A DNA stretch of 64,000 nucleotides, from the NCBI GenBank assembly GCA_002269645.1, contig NIVC01000292.1, positions 806,001-870,000 of the forward strand, given 5' to 3'. Below are positions 1 to 12,085 of the stretch, one piece after another; positions within the stretch are counted from its first letter, which is position 1; each line of letters begins with the position of its first letter. The notes under the pieces were generated by a model, which saw only the letters and a program-made list of their open reading frames with translations, made no database searches and was not told the DNA's origin. The stretch comes from Macrostomum lignano. Its lineage: Eukaryota. Both the position numbers and the translations under genes were made by a program.

Positions 1-256
1 CCTTATTAATGCATCCTACCAGCCCTGCCGAAGCTCATGCGCGCAGAGACGTTGAATGCACAGTACGAGCTAAATTGCCCACCAAGATGCACATGCCAAC
101 TTCGGAGGCAGATGTTAAGCGTTACGGCCAGAATAGCTCAACTAGCCTTAAACTATACAAATAAACACCGGTGTTTAGCTCAAAGCATTTTTAAAAAAGC
201 AGCTCAGCTCACAACTCACATATTTTTTTCTTGTCGAAACTCTACATTGAGACTCG

Positions 257-3033
257 ATGGAGGCCAACTTAATAGCGGCTCTGGAGACCGGAGACAGCGA
301 GCGACTGCTGTTCCTGTGCTGCGAAGTCGGCTCCAACATCACCCTGACTGTTGGCGGATATCGTGAAGGCAGAGTGGAGCAGACCCTGGTGCACCACATC
401 GCATGCAGGACCAACAGTCCGCACTGCCTGGAGATCCTGATCCACCGGTTCGGACCGAGTTGTCTCACCTGCAGGAACCAGTACAACCAGATGCCGGTGC
501 ACCTGGTCGCGCTGGTCCAGGATGAGACCTGGCTGCCCATGATTCTCACTGCTGCCGGCAGAGACTGCTTCAACCAGCCCGGCCAGTTCGGCCGGACAGC
601 TGTGCACGCGGCCGCCTCGAACGTACGGACGGGTGCGGTCTTTGACTGGCTGATCAGAACGTGCGGGCGCGACTGTCTCGCCGTTCAGGACGACTACGAA
701 GACACTCCCGTGCACCAGGCCGCCATGAAGAGGGACTACCGGTCCATGGAGCTCATCAAGTCGCTGATCGGTCCTTCTGTCTTCTATTTCCAAGGTCGAT
801 GCCAGCGAACTGCCATCCACTGCGCCGCCATGAACAAACAGGACAACTCGAGTCTTAAGTGGCTGGTCGGTGAATGCGGCAGCGGCTGCCTGACTCTGAA
901 GGACGGCCAGGGCAGCACGCCGCTTCACCTGGCTGCGCTCTACCAGAGGGCGGACTCGCTGCAGTTCCTCGCTGACCAGGTCGGCACGGAGGCTTTCTCA
1001 GCCAAGAACAACAGCGGGTGGACGGTGGTGCACCTGGCTGCGCAGAATACAGTGAGCGACTCCGCTCTCGCCTGGTGCATCAGCAACTTGGGCCCGCACT
1101 GCCTGGTCGCCAGCGACTCACGTGGCCGAACACTAGCTCACCTGGCCGCTCAACACCAAAGTGTGGAATCGTTGAATCGCATTAAGGACTCGCTTGGCCC
1201 ATCGGCTTTTCAGCTTCCTGACAGCGAGGGAAACTCGGCGTCCAACTACGCTAGAAGGAACAGCAGGAGTAGCCAGGTGCTCAGCTGGATGACGCAGACG
1301 CAGAATCAATTTCCAGCGCAGGAACCGTCGCTGGGATTGGATTCGAAGCTGCCAATCAGCACGTACTCCGATTCCGCCTCCCCCATGCAGAGCGGATTGG
1401 ATTCGAAGCTGCCAATCAGCACGTACTCCGATTCCGCCTCCCCCATGCAGAGCGCGGCCAGCGTTGTTCAAGTGAGTAAAAATCGACGCGATGACAGCTC
1501 AGGTACAGCCGTCTCGCCGGTTTCTGGAGCTTCAGCAGCTTCTGCCTCACAACCGGGACGAAGAAGCTCTCAGATGGAGCGTTTAGCCACGCATTCGGGA
1601 CGCCAAGGCTCGGAGCAGCCGCCTTCGCTCTCAAATAGAACGTCATCAGAGTATTCGTACGTCTGAGAACAAATTTGAACATGCTTCGATTTTAACCATT
1701 CTACGAGCGTACGTTACTTCCAAACTAAAAAACATCAACTTTCGCTATTTTAGGTGCCCACCGGAACTGGATCCAAGCTTTGCTAGCTGGAAATTTATTC
1801 TAGACGGTGGCAAGAAGCACCCAATCGGAAGGGGCGGCTTCGGCAAGGTGTACAAGGTGCTGACTGACAAGCTTCAGACGGTGGCCGTCAAGATTGTCAA
1901 GCTCAATGACACCAAGAACCCCACAAAGCTTGCAAAGGCAATTGAACGCGAGAGGCTGGGCATTGAGATTCTGAAAGGCATTCGACACTTGAACATAATG
2001 CAATTTCTCAAGTATGAGCGCTCCAGCACCGGCCAGTTCTGCATCTTCACCGAGCTGATTGCCGGCCACAGCCTCCTGGACTTGATGAACCTCCAGGGCA
2101 GGCCTTTCGATGAAGAGGCAGTAAAGAAGATCTCGGTGCAGGTAAATCCCATGTTTGATTCAGATTATGTTTTATTAGAGGCTGTGTGCACCCTGGTGCA
2201 CTTTAAGCGACATTGTCACAACCGGCGAGAGGCATTACTGCTCATTCCACCGACTCCCCTGAGCAGGCACACAGGCGCAAGGATATGTACGCAGTCATAC
2301 GCACAGGCACACACTCACACAGGAGTGTACAGCGGCCCTAACTTTAGGCATGTACACTTCACTGTGCCTTGGGGGTTGGCCTTCAGGGACGTTGATTGCA
2401 CGAGCAGAGCCAAGCGAAGATTCCAATTTAGCATAAAATTAATGTGACTGCGCTTGGAATCGAGCCTGGGCCGCTGGCACATCAGAGTGCCACGCTAGAC
2501 CACTAGGCCGCGGACCCCTCAGAACTCAGGTCAGAACTTCAAATATCTGGGCGGAATTCCAGGTGTGCACCGCTCTCAACTTCCTGCACAATTGGACAAG
2601 GCCAGTCGTTCATCGGGACATCAAGTGTTCGAACATAATGCTCACTCACGAAGGCGTTGTCAAACTCATCGACTTCGGCCTGGCAAAGCAGATCGTCTCA
2701 ACATTCATGGAGGTGAGCACCGATCACCTGGGAGGCACCTGGTACTACATGGCTCCCGAGCTGTTCAGGGACGACGGCCGAATCACCTACTCGCCAAAGA
2801 CTGACGTCTGGGCGTTCGGCTGCGCAGTGTTCGAGATGCTGGAGATGAAGCCGCCAAACGGAGAAGTGTGCGTGCACCTCATTCCAGTTCGAATTTGTCA
2901 TAGAGAGATGCCGGAGCTCCCGGCTCGAACCTCCAGCAGTCTGAAGGACTTCTACCGCCGGTGCGTGGAGCGAGACGCCGCAATGAGAGCGGACACGGCA
3001 GATCTGCTGCGTCACGGCTTCCTGGCAGACTGA
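257..3033 (+). CDS. Ankyrin-repeat Ser/Thr protein kinase (about 752 aa; exons 257-1656, 1754-2141, 2563-3033)
   Basis: Exon 1 has multiple ankyrin motifs (GRTAVHAAA, EDTPVHQAAM, GSTPLHLAAL, GWTVVHLAAQ, GRTLAHLAAQ). Donor gtacgt at 1657 and acceptor tttag at 1753 join in phase 2 into IGRGGFGKVY..VAVK. Donor gtaaat at 2142 and acceptor ccag at 2562 join in phase 0 into HRDIKCSN, DFG and GTWYYMAPE, ending at TGA 3033. Exon lengths sum to 2259 nt, a multiple of 3. Confidence 0.88.
1334..1453 (+). repeat. In-frame 60-bp direct duplication in the kinase linker (LDSKLPISTYSDSASPMQS twice)
   Basis: ggattggattcgaagctgccaatcagcacgtactccgattccgcctcccccatgcagagc occurs twice in tandem. Confidence 0.9.
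2167..2518 (-). mobile_element. tRNA-derived SINE copy in kinase intron 2
   Basis: The reverse complement begins ggggtccgcggcctagtggt...ggctcgattcc (A-box-like and B-box-like) and aligns by eye along its length with the element at 11491-11852. Confidence 0.75.
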
Positions 3034-3660
3034 TTGCAGTTGGGACCTGCGTACATCACGAGCTATTTATTTCACTTACTGCACTTAAACAATATTTATT
3101 CAGGAATAGGTGGAGCCCGGCTTCATTTGCTAAGCACAGTTGCTTCAGTGTGACAAAAAAAAATTGTCTCGCATTGCTTTACCCAAGTCTGAACTCTCTG
3201 TTGTATTGCACATAAATACAATACTGCTATAATTGCTAAATACGTTCGGAAATAAAATTACAGGGTCGGTAAACTCAGCCCGCGGGACACATAACGGGTC
3301 GTGAAGCCTCCCTATCCGGCTCTTGGGTCCTTTGAAACTCCACAATAGCAATCCATCTGCTCTCAGATTGGTGGCACTTCTCGTACTTCTGGTACTCCCG
3401 GTACTCATATTAAAGCGGCATTTTATAGCTCAAAAGAGCTATAAAATAGTATATTTATACTATTTTAAATTTTTTCCGATTTGTTCGCGTATAGTGCAAT
3501 AACGTAAAACATAGTAAAACAAAGTTTTCACGCTTAAAAACAGATTTTACAATATAACAAATTCAGAAGCTTTTCGTGCGAAATTAAATAGCAGAATATC
3601 AGTCTTTTTGTCAACACGGTACATAAACTTTGCTACGAGAGTTCAGAGAACTGCCACATC

Positions 3661-4552
3661 TCAGATGCCAATTACAAGAGGCAGCAGAGCGCACACACAG
3701 TCAAAGATAGACAGCAGGATGAGGCAGAAGTGCAGGACTTGCCACGGCCTCGACAGCAGGACATTGTCACCAGGATTCCCTATGGCATCCCGCACCACTC
3801 CAGTGGTGCTGAAGCCGCGGAGATCGTTGCAGCAGCCACAGAAGGAGAACGGAACGCGGAACAGAAAGGCGAATATGGCGAGAAAAAGTGCGCAGACGGA
3901 TGGTAGCAGCAGCTTGATGAGGCCTCTTAGCGGGACAAATTTCCTGAAGGCGTAGAGATACTGGGCTCGCAGAGCGTTCAGTGGGATATTGTGCAGCAGC
4001 GAGATGAGCAGGCTGAGCAGCAGGGCGCTGCGGCCAGCTTGGATTCTGCAGCTAATCGGAGAGTCGCTTTCGCTGGGGGCGGCCGGGATTCTCCCGCCGT
4101 AGATCCGGGAGTTGCTTTCGTCTGAAAATTTAATGCTTCAGGGTAATAAAAGAGTTAAATGTAACAGAGCTCAAATTAAAAGGCAGCTAACCTTCTTCGC
4201 GAACGGTAGTTACACAGCAGCAGGAGGTGCTGAACACAACCAGTATGCATATGAGCAGAATGCCAGCAATCACTACAAACAGAATGTACAGGGGCAATAG
4301 ATAAATGATATTGGCGGTGCAGTTTATGCCAGTGCAGGAGCAGTAAGACGTCAGCTGCTCAGGACACGTTGTGTTAAAGGTCAACGCTTGTAGCTCCGAG
4401 GCAGCAGTGCAATCTAGCAAGAACTGCGACAGGTACAAAATCATGGCACTTAGAAGGATCAGCCAGCTGCCCAATCGTTTTTGAAAGGATTTATTGCTGC
4501 CGCCTTTCATAACATCTTGTATTTCTTTAGGCATTTTTGCTGCCACTTCCAT
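3661..4552 (-). CDS. Uncharacterised ~5-TM Cys-rich membrane protein, paralog A (about 273 aa; exons 4552-4192, 4121-3661)
   Basis: A 70-bp GT-AG intron (gttagc...tttcag) joins in phase 1. The joined ORF has five hydrophobic segments and a loop QFLLDC...FNTTCPEQLTSYCSC...C. It is clearly homologous to the gene at 6473-8511, with the same intron position and phase. Confidence 0.75.
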
Positions 4553-5159
4553 GATGAATTGAATTTCTTTTGATACCTGAACTGCAGCTTGGTAAGCTTG
4601 GTGTTTTCAGTTAGTTCCTAGATAACCCAACCCGTTCCCTAATAAAGAACAGAGCTTAGGGGCGGTGCATGCAAGTCGGCGCAGCTATTTTTAGGCGTTA
4701 CATTCTGTTTGCTGGCAAAAAAGGAACTTTGTGTGCATCACTTGCGCGAAAATCTTTCTGCAACTATCTTTTTTCAAGCCCAACCAAAGCCTTGAGGCGC
4801 TGATCGCACACTACTAGCTAAATTGTACACCAAGAGGCACCTGCAGAGGCTTGGAAAAAAATTACCTGACTGCTCTTTTAGAAGCAATTGCTACCATGTA
4901 CGGCACTCGGACTGCTCATTGTGAGCTCAATATTGATGCCGAGCTGCACACAGCATCTGCGATGTGCATGCAAGCAAGCTGTGTGCGTGTCGAGTCTTCC
5001 GAGCATTGGCAAACTTTTTCCCTGGATGTGGGACTTAAAAAGACTTTGAGGACTTGGAAGGCCATTTTACCATTAAGAAGCAGTTTTTAAGCCCCAATAT
5101 TTTAGTATCTGGGCTCTAATTCGACGCTTAGCGCTTCTGACACCTTAAGGGGGTGTTGA

Positions 5160-5935
5160 CACCGGAGGGGGGCTCCTGACACGTAGGGCGCTCCTGAAAC
5201 TTGGGGGCTTCTGAAACCCGAGTGCTCTGAGGATCCCTGAAACCTGGGGAATTCTTGGGCCTTTTCATATTGCTTGTTCTGGTTCCAGAACCAGAACCAA
5301 TTTGTGTGAAGTATAACTTTTTGTCTCCATAACTAGAGGGAGATACGTGCTATAAAGTTTTTATTATTGAATGACAATCGCCAAGAAGAAAGTGAAAAAT
5401 TGTGCTAAGTTAGGTTGTTAAGGCAGTCAAACATTCAACAGAATTAAATAGTTATACTGCTGTTTTTCTTGGAAGATCCGAACCGATTCTGGTTCTGGAA
5501 TTGGTAATATGAAAAGCCTCCTTGACACCTGGGTGCTCCTGACACCTGGGGGGCTCCTGACACCTGGGGAACTCCTGACACCTGGGGGCTCCTGACACGC
5601 GTGTCTCCTGACACCTGGGGGCTCCTTACACTTAAGCGCTCCTGACATCTGGTGGTTCCTGACATCCTGTAGGTCCTGACACCTGGGGGCTCCTTACACC
5701 TGAGGCTCCTGACACTTAGGGCTCCTGTCACGGGGGCTCCTGACACTTGAGGGCTCCTGACACCTGTGGGTCACGTGAGGCTCCTGACATCCTGTAGCTT
5801 CTGACACCTGTGGGTCACGTGAGGCTCCTGACATCCTGTAGCTCCTGACACCTGAGGCTCCTGACACCTGAGGCTCCTGACACCTGGGGGCTCCTGACAT
5901 CTGCGGGCTTCTGACACCTAGAAGATTTCTGACAT
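5160..5935. repeat. Degenerate ~17-bp minisatellite (GGCTCCTGACACCTGGG), interrupted by unique sequence at about 5245-5515
   Basis: Tandem gctcctgacacct units are visible. The spurious repetitive ORFs 5427-5939 derive from it. Confidence 0.85.
5283..5500. mobile_element. Possible short MITE with 14-bp inverted repeats inserted in the minisatellite
   Basis: ttccagaaccagaa (5283-5296) is the exact reverse complement of ttctggttctggaa (5487-5500). No TSD was recognised. Confidence 0.3.
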
Positions 5936-6238
5936 CCAAACTGTGGCATCTCGCAAATTTAGTCAGCCCAAAAATAATAAAATAATTTAGAAAAAAACTG
6001 TTTGCCAGGCCGTGACAAAATTATTTTAGTTAGTCATCAAACTAGTTCTATATGGTACGCTCATTAAAAATAGTTCGTTCAAGAAGATAAAATATTTCTG
6101 GAAAGATACTCATAGGGTTGCAAAAAAACAGGAAAAATGCTATTAAAGTTGTTGGTATCTTACAGAGTGCTGTTTCATGCTCTTGCAATAGGGACACTCG
6201 GACACAGAAATTGTTTTCTGATGTATCAAACTGCCGCA

Positions 6239-6320
6239 GAGGAGAGGAGAGGAGAGGAGAGGAGAGGAGAGGAGAGGAGAGGAGAGGAGAGGAGAGGAGA
6301 GGAGAGGAGAGGAGAGGAGA
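6239..6320. repeat. (GAGAG)n microsatellite
   Basis: Perfect pentanucleotide run. Confidence 0.95.
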
Positions 6321-6472
6321 AAGACAGGTGCAAAAGGACGAGAAATCAAGAAAATGAAATACCATGAGTTAAGCAGTTTGTCGTTTATAGCAGTTAATTT
6401 TGCCAGTCATATTCTAAGTCAATAACAAGGATCCTATACAGCACTGTTCAATAAGAAATCAACACTGAGTTC

Positions 6473-8511
6473 TCATAGAAGCAGGGCCAAAAAAGCGACA
6501 ACAATTTCAACCAGCATCAGCACGAACAGGAAGTAGTGTACAACCAGCCACGGTTTTTTCCTGTCTGCACTGCTCGCTGCGACCGACGCCACTGAAATGC
6601 TGCTCCAATCCCAGCGGTCGCAGCTGCCACAGAAGGAGAGCGGAATCCGGAATATGAAGGAGAAGCAGGCGAACAGGATGCTGCTCACCGATGGCAGCAC
6701 CAGCTTCGCCAGGCTGCCCTGCGGCAGGTGCCTTCTGAATGTGCCGAGATACTCAGCTCGGATTGAGTTCAGCGGGATGATATGCAGCAGCGAGATGAGC
6801 ATACTGAGCAGCAGGGCTGCGCGGTTCAGCCTCATCCATTTGACTCTTGCGTAGCCAGGAATCTCTGGATGGGGGAATGGTTACGTAGGAATGCGTTTAG
6901 AGGGCGCTGTGATCCTTTATCAACTGCTGACTCTGGACTCAGTCATTTTTTGGTTCAGCAGCGGGATAGAGCTCAGTTTGAGCTTAGTAGGGAAGGCAGA
7001 TACGAGATCCCACCTTGGGTGGCAGCGGGTTAGGGCTCAGTTTGAGTAATAGGGAAGGCAGATACGAGATCCCACCTTGGGTGGCAGCGGGATAGAGCTT
7101 AGTTTGAGCTTAGTAGGGAAGGTAGATACGAGATCCCACCTTGGGTGGCAGCGGGATAGAGCTTAGTTTGAGTAATAGGGAAGACAGATACGACATCCCA
7201 CCTTGGGTGGCAGCGGGATAGAGCTCAGTTTGAGCTTAGTAGGGAAGGCAGATACGAGATCCCACCTTGGGTGGCAGCGGGATAGAGCTTAGTTTGAGTA
7301 ATAGGGAAGGCAGATACGAGATCCCACCTTGGGTGGCAGCGGGATAGAGCTCAGTTTGAGCTTAGTAGGGAAGGTAGATACGAGATCCCACCTTGGGTGG
7401 CAGCGGGATAGAGCTCAGTTTGAGCTTAGTAGGGAAGGCAGATACGAGATCCCACCTTGGGTGGCAGCGGGATAGAGCTTAGTTTGAGTAATAGGGAAGG
7501 CAGATACGAGATCCCACCTTGGGTGGCAGCGGGATAGAGCTCAGTTTGAGCTTAGTAGGGAAGGCAGATACGAGATCCCACCTTGGGTGGTAGCGGGATA
7601 GAGCTCAGTTTGAGCTTAGTAGGGAAGGCAGATACGAGATCCCACCTTGGGTGGCAGCGGGATAGAGCTTAGTTTGAGTAATAGGGAAGGCAGATACGAG
7701 ATCCCACCTTGGGTGGCAGCGGGATAGAGCTCAGTTTGAGCTTAGTAGGGAAGGCAGATACGAGATCCCACCTTGGGTGGCAGCGGGATAGAGCTTAGTT
7801 TGAGTAATAGGGAAGGCAGATACGAGATCCCACCTTGGGTGGCAGCGGGATAGAGCTCAGTTTGAGCTTAGTAGGGAAGGCAGATACGAGATCCCACCTT
7901 GGGTGGCAGCGGGATAGAGCTCAGTTTGAGTAATAGGGAAGGCAGATACGAGATCTCACCTTGGGTGGCAGCTTCCGTGTTGGATCCCGTCCAATTTGGA
8001 TTAACGTCTGAAATTGATGAATTTTTTTTCTATCAATGATGCCATGCTTAGAGGGTTTAAGGATGCTGGCAATGATGCTTGTGAGCTCGTAATTGAATTC
8101 ATGGAGACATTGTCTGCCTCAGTTGAAAGTTGGCTCACCTCGATACTCGGAGCTGCAGCAGGATATAATAAAGATGACAAGCAAACAGAACAGGACCAGG
8201 GAGGACATCACCAGGAAGAAGACATAGATCGGGCGCAGGTGGTTGATGCTGGCAATGCATTTTCCGTTCTCGCAGCTGCAATATCGCAAAAGGTCTTCGG
8301 GACAGGTGGTCGAATTGAATGGAAGAATCTCTGTGTAGCAAATGCAGTCTAGCACGAACTGCAACATGTAGATGATGACAATGCCGGGCAGGAAGAACCA
8401 CTTGAACAAGCAGTTGCACCGCGTTTGGCAGTCGGAGTCGGGCTCCCTTGAATTGCGATGCTCCTCAGTGGCAGTTTCTATGGCCGTGGGAATCTTCACT
8501 ACAATCTCCAT
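6473..8511 (-). CDS. Uncharacterised ~5-TM Cys-rich membrane protein, paralog B (about 254 aa; exons 8511-8139, 6864-6473)
   Basis: ATG at 8511, donor gtgagc at 8138 and acceptor ccatccag at 6865 join in phase 1. It shares QFVLDC, FNSTTCPEDL..YCSC, ALLLS.LISLLH.IPLN, FR.P.SFCG.C and PW.V.H with paralog A. Confidence 0.75.
6955..7972. repeat. 62/64-bp intronic minisatellite, about 16 copies
   Basis: Unit GCAGCGGGATAGAGCT(C/T)AGTTTGAG..TAGGGAAGGCAGATACGAGATCCCACCTTGGGTG occurs in two length variants and fills the intron of paralog B. Confidence 0.95.
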
Positions 8512-10960
8512 GCCAGTTTCTAATTGCACCTGTGCTTAACTCAGTTATCGAGTCAATATTTCTCTGTGCTGCCTTTATAAACTGTGTAGACAGCAAGAGC
8601 ACAATGCTATTGAATTATTTTTAAAACTGACTAGCAGTCTACAACCTTGATATAAAGTGACAATGTGTTTCCTTGAGGCATTGCAAATTCTATTGAAGTT
8701 TTTCCATTCTTGTGGTGTGACATCAAGGACGGAAAAAATTAGTTGTCCGCTTACTGACGAAATTTTTAGCGAATTCGTTGCGCACTTTGTGGAGGAGTGG
8801 CAGAGAAGATTCCTTGCTAAGGGGTGACAGAAATTTGAGCTTTGCTGAGTACGCCGCTCAGTGGTCATTGGGAAACCCCAATAATAAAGCATACTCTCCG
8901 AACTTTTCATATGACATATCCCTGATAAATTAAATCGTAGGAGGCGACATCGTCCGACAACCAGAGCTGATGCAATTTTGCTTATTCCGCCGACTCCGGA
9001 GCGACATACGGACTCGCGGATATTGTACGCAGACACGCACTCATACATGTACATACGCTTCACGAACCGCTAGTATGGAGTAGTCCATTCAGTTTTCTTA
9101 GTTAACTTCATGCAAGCAGAGCTGTGCTGTGATGTACGCTCGTTTAATTGCTAGCCAGGGCAAGAATGGCAAAGACTATTGAACTGTACAGTAAATGCAA
9201 GTGCAGAAGACAGAGACAGAAGTTTTAGTGTGGCAGCTGAGAAAAGAACAATAATAATGATGAAAATAGCACAATGCAATCATGAGGTTTGGCTGCATTG
9301 CTTGTTTTATCGCATCTTTCGATGCAGGCTGCAGCAGGCATACGAGCTGTACGTTCTTTATTGCTTTTAATGAATCCTCGAAAGGCTTAGAGAGAGCGAG
9401 AGACCTAGCTGCAGCTTCTCAGATCATTTGCATATTTATAAATGATAGCAGCTGTATGTACACTACGAGCACAATATACATGTACAAGCAAATTCCTATC
9501 GATACATATACATATGCAGTGTATACAGGAGGGATGTACGGGAAGCCTCTTCTAGGTGGTGGAGAGCTCTGCGGTTTCTGAACTACTCAATACATGATGT
9601 ACATGTACTTGTTTGAGCATATATTTAGTCTATTAATTTGCTAATCAGATAGATGTTATTTGAGTAGTAGAAGTCTACCTTACTGATTTCTCTTTAAGAG
9701 TTTCTCTCGTCTCTTGGCATTTTGCCGGCCATACTGCCAGGGTAGTGCTGGCCAGGTTTAGTTTCATTTTTTAACAACTGTCAGTTTTAGTGTCCATTCA
9801 ATGCCATAGGACCAAATCACAAAGAAATGTTTTTGAAACGTCTTCCTTGCCTATATTTATTTACGTTTAAACAGCCTGCTTCTCCCAATCAAATGCTACA
9901 TTTTGTTAATATTTAACAAATGATTTCAAAAGTTCAAAAAGACTGAATAAAGAAATTACTGTACTAGAGTGTCCAGTAAAAGTAAGCAATCTTGCATTCT
10001 TTTCATATAATAATGATACATCGGCAAATGGCTTATGCGTGACGCTTGTGGCACATGAGATGATAATCGTTAAAATACGTAGAACGCTCTATATCAGTAA
10101 AAATCGCATCGCATACATAGAAAATATATGGGCACTGGTAGATACAAAAATTTGAATCCAAAATCCAAAATCCAAAAAAGTAGAAAAGTAAGGGATAGAA
10201 CCAACTTTTTGGGTTGGACCTAAATAAGCCCCAAATCAGCCCAAAATTACAATACCCCTTATATGCAAGTTCAGCCACTGCAAAAGAGGGGGCGGTGGCC
10301 ACGACCTTTTTCAACCTTCTGTTATGTTGAGAAATTGGCAATTGAAGAGTAAGTGCAAAAAAGAAAATTTTCAACTAGAGTCTAGCAAGAAATAATGTTC
10401 AAGAAGAATATGCTGAACAAATATTTCCTAATAATATTTCCTAATTTTTCCTAATTAGGACATTCTTCTGAGTATTTCCTAATATTATTAGGCCCCTATT
10501 TGTTTATAGTGGATTTCTAACTTTTATTATATTTCATTTTCATAGAAAATTCTTTTTTTGTTTTTTTAACCAGGTTTTTTAGGTCTAGTTTGTTATAATG
10601 ATTTTATAACAGGTAGGTAGGTGGGACCAATTTCTTTTCTAAGTCCCAATCAATATATGTATCTGGTATACAAATTTTAGGCCTAGTGAATAAAAAATGC
10701 AAATAAATTTTAGAGTAGGTCTACACTATAGATAAATTTAACCTAAAAATTATAATGTTATTTGGCTAGCATTTTTAGATAAAATTACAAGATATAATTT
10801 ATCTTATAGGCCTATGTAATCCTTAATAAAAAAGTCAATAATAATTTATATTTCTTAAGATTATTATAATGAAAACTAATTGCTAAAAATAAGGTAATAA
10901 TTTTAATTTACTTACAAAGTCAAATTACCTTCTTTGGATAGGCCTAAATTTTGGTATATA

Positions 10961-12085
10961 TAGGGGTCCCAATCCTGGGATCCTAGCTTTTTGTTAGTGT
11001 TCGGGATCCTGGGGTTTGGGATCCCAATAAACATGGGATTGGAATTTACACTTTACAAAAGTGAATATTTTTCATCTTGCAGTTAGCACATTACAGTTTT
11101 GAGAGAATTTTTGTATCCTGAGATTGAGAATAAAGTTATAGAATAAAAGACAGTAGACTATTAATCAACTGTATCAAGCACTACTAATCACTAGACTAAG
11201 GGGTTTGGTTCTAATCTTCTAAGAGGTTCTAAGACTCTAATTGTCTAAGTGGCAATGGCCTAGACACTGGGCCTACTAGCCCAGACCCTGCTGCAGTGTG
11301 CAGGCACAGTTAAGGAAGGGAAAGTGAAAAAAGGGCATGGGATATGCCGGTACAGACTGAGTTCTGAGTCTGAGTCTCTGTATGTGTGTGATATGGCCTA
11401 TGTTAGGGGCAGAAAGAGGCATTAGTGCAATATATATAGTGCTAATCCAAGGGAAGAGGGTATAGTTTAGTATATATCAACAACTAACAATAGGGGGGGG
11501 GCTGTAGCCCAGCGGTAGCGCAGCTGCTCTGGTGTGCCAGCGATTCAGGCTCAATTCCAAGTGCAGTCACATTAATTTGGGGCTAAATTGGAATCTCGGC
11601 TTGGCTCTACTTGTGCAATTAATGGCCTTGAGAGCCAACCCCCCAAGGCGCAGTGAAGTATACATGCCTAAGGATAGTTAGGGCCATTGTACACTCCCAT
11701 GTGAGTGTGTGCCTGCATATGTATCCGCGCGCTTGTATGCCTGCTCAGGGGAGTCGGCGGAATGAGCAGTAATGCCTCTCACCGGTTGTGTGCCTATGTT
11801 GCTTAAAGTGCACCAGGGTGCACACAACCCCCCTGCCTCTAATAAAAAAAATACAACTAACAACTAACTTCAACTATTTTATCAATGCAGTTCTTATATA
11901 AGCTAGAAATAGAAAGTAGAAACCCAAATGATGCTCAAATTGGTTGAGAAATTGTTTTGTGGACAATGGAAAGCTTCTTGTAAGTGTGTTTGTTCAATCC
12001 CAGGATTGGCCCGGGATCCCAGGATTGGGTCAATTTTTTGTCTAGGATCTCAGGATTGTAAAATGTCTGGGATTTAAGACCCCTA
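10961..12085. mobile_element. Non-autonomous hAT-like DNA transposon (MITE) with 8-bp TSD
   Basis: Starts TAGGGGTC (10961) and ends GACCCCTA (12078-12085), flanked by identical GGTATATA at 10953-10960 and 12086-12093. It has subterminal caatcctgggatcc repeats. TAGGG termini with an 8-bp TSD are typical of the hAT superfamily. Confidence 0.8.
11491..11852 (+). mobile_element. tRNA-derived SINE nested in the hAT MITE
   Basis: The 5' head has an A-box-like TAGCCCAGCGG and a B-box-like GGCTCAATTCC, and the 3' end is aataaaaaaa. An 11-bp TSD ACAACTAACAA lies at 11480-11490 and 11853-11863. A second copy is at 2167-2518. Confidence 0.8.

Noticed and set aside
4770-5090. Possible SH2 C-terminal remnant (QSLEALIAHY*LN...GL...L)
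   Set aside because: It is a single short motif with an in-frame stop and no recognisable FLVRES core upstream, so it is too weak to call.
6955-7972. CRISPR-like array (also considered for the 20243, 46935 and 61530 arrays)
   Set aside because: The units are head-to-tail with no unique spacers, lie in eukaryotic introns or intergenic DNA, and have no cas genes nearby.
8880-9090. Third SINE copy
   Set aside because: It shares only a short ttattccgccgactcc core with the SINE. It may be a related family, but there is not enough to delimit it.
9180-9330. Possible third, decayed paralog of the 5-TM family (minus strand IVLFSSLLLFFSQL*)
   Set aside because: Only generic hydrophobic similarity is seen, and the conserved TCPE/YCSC motif is absent.
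11493-11570. tRNA gene
   Set aside because: It has A/B-box-like motifs but no convincing cloverleaf. It continues into a ~280-bp body with an A-tail and TSD, and a second diverged copy exists, so it is a SINE head.
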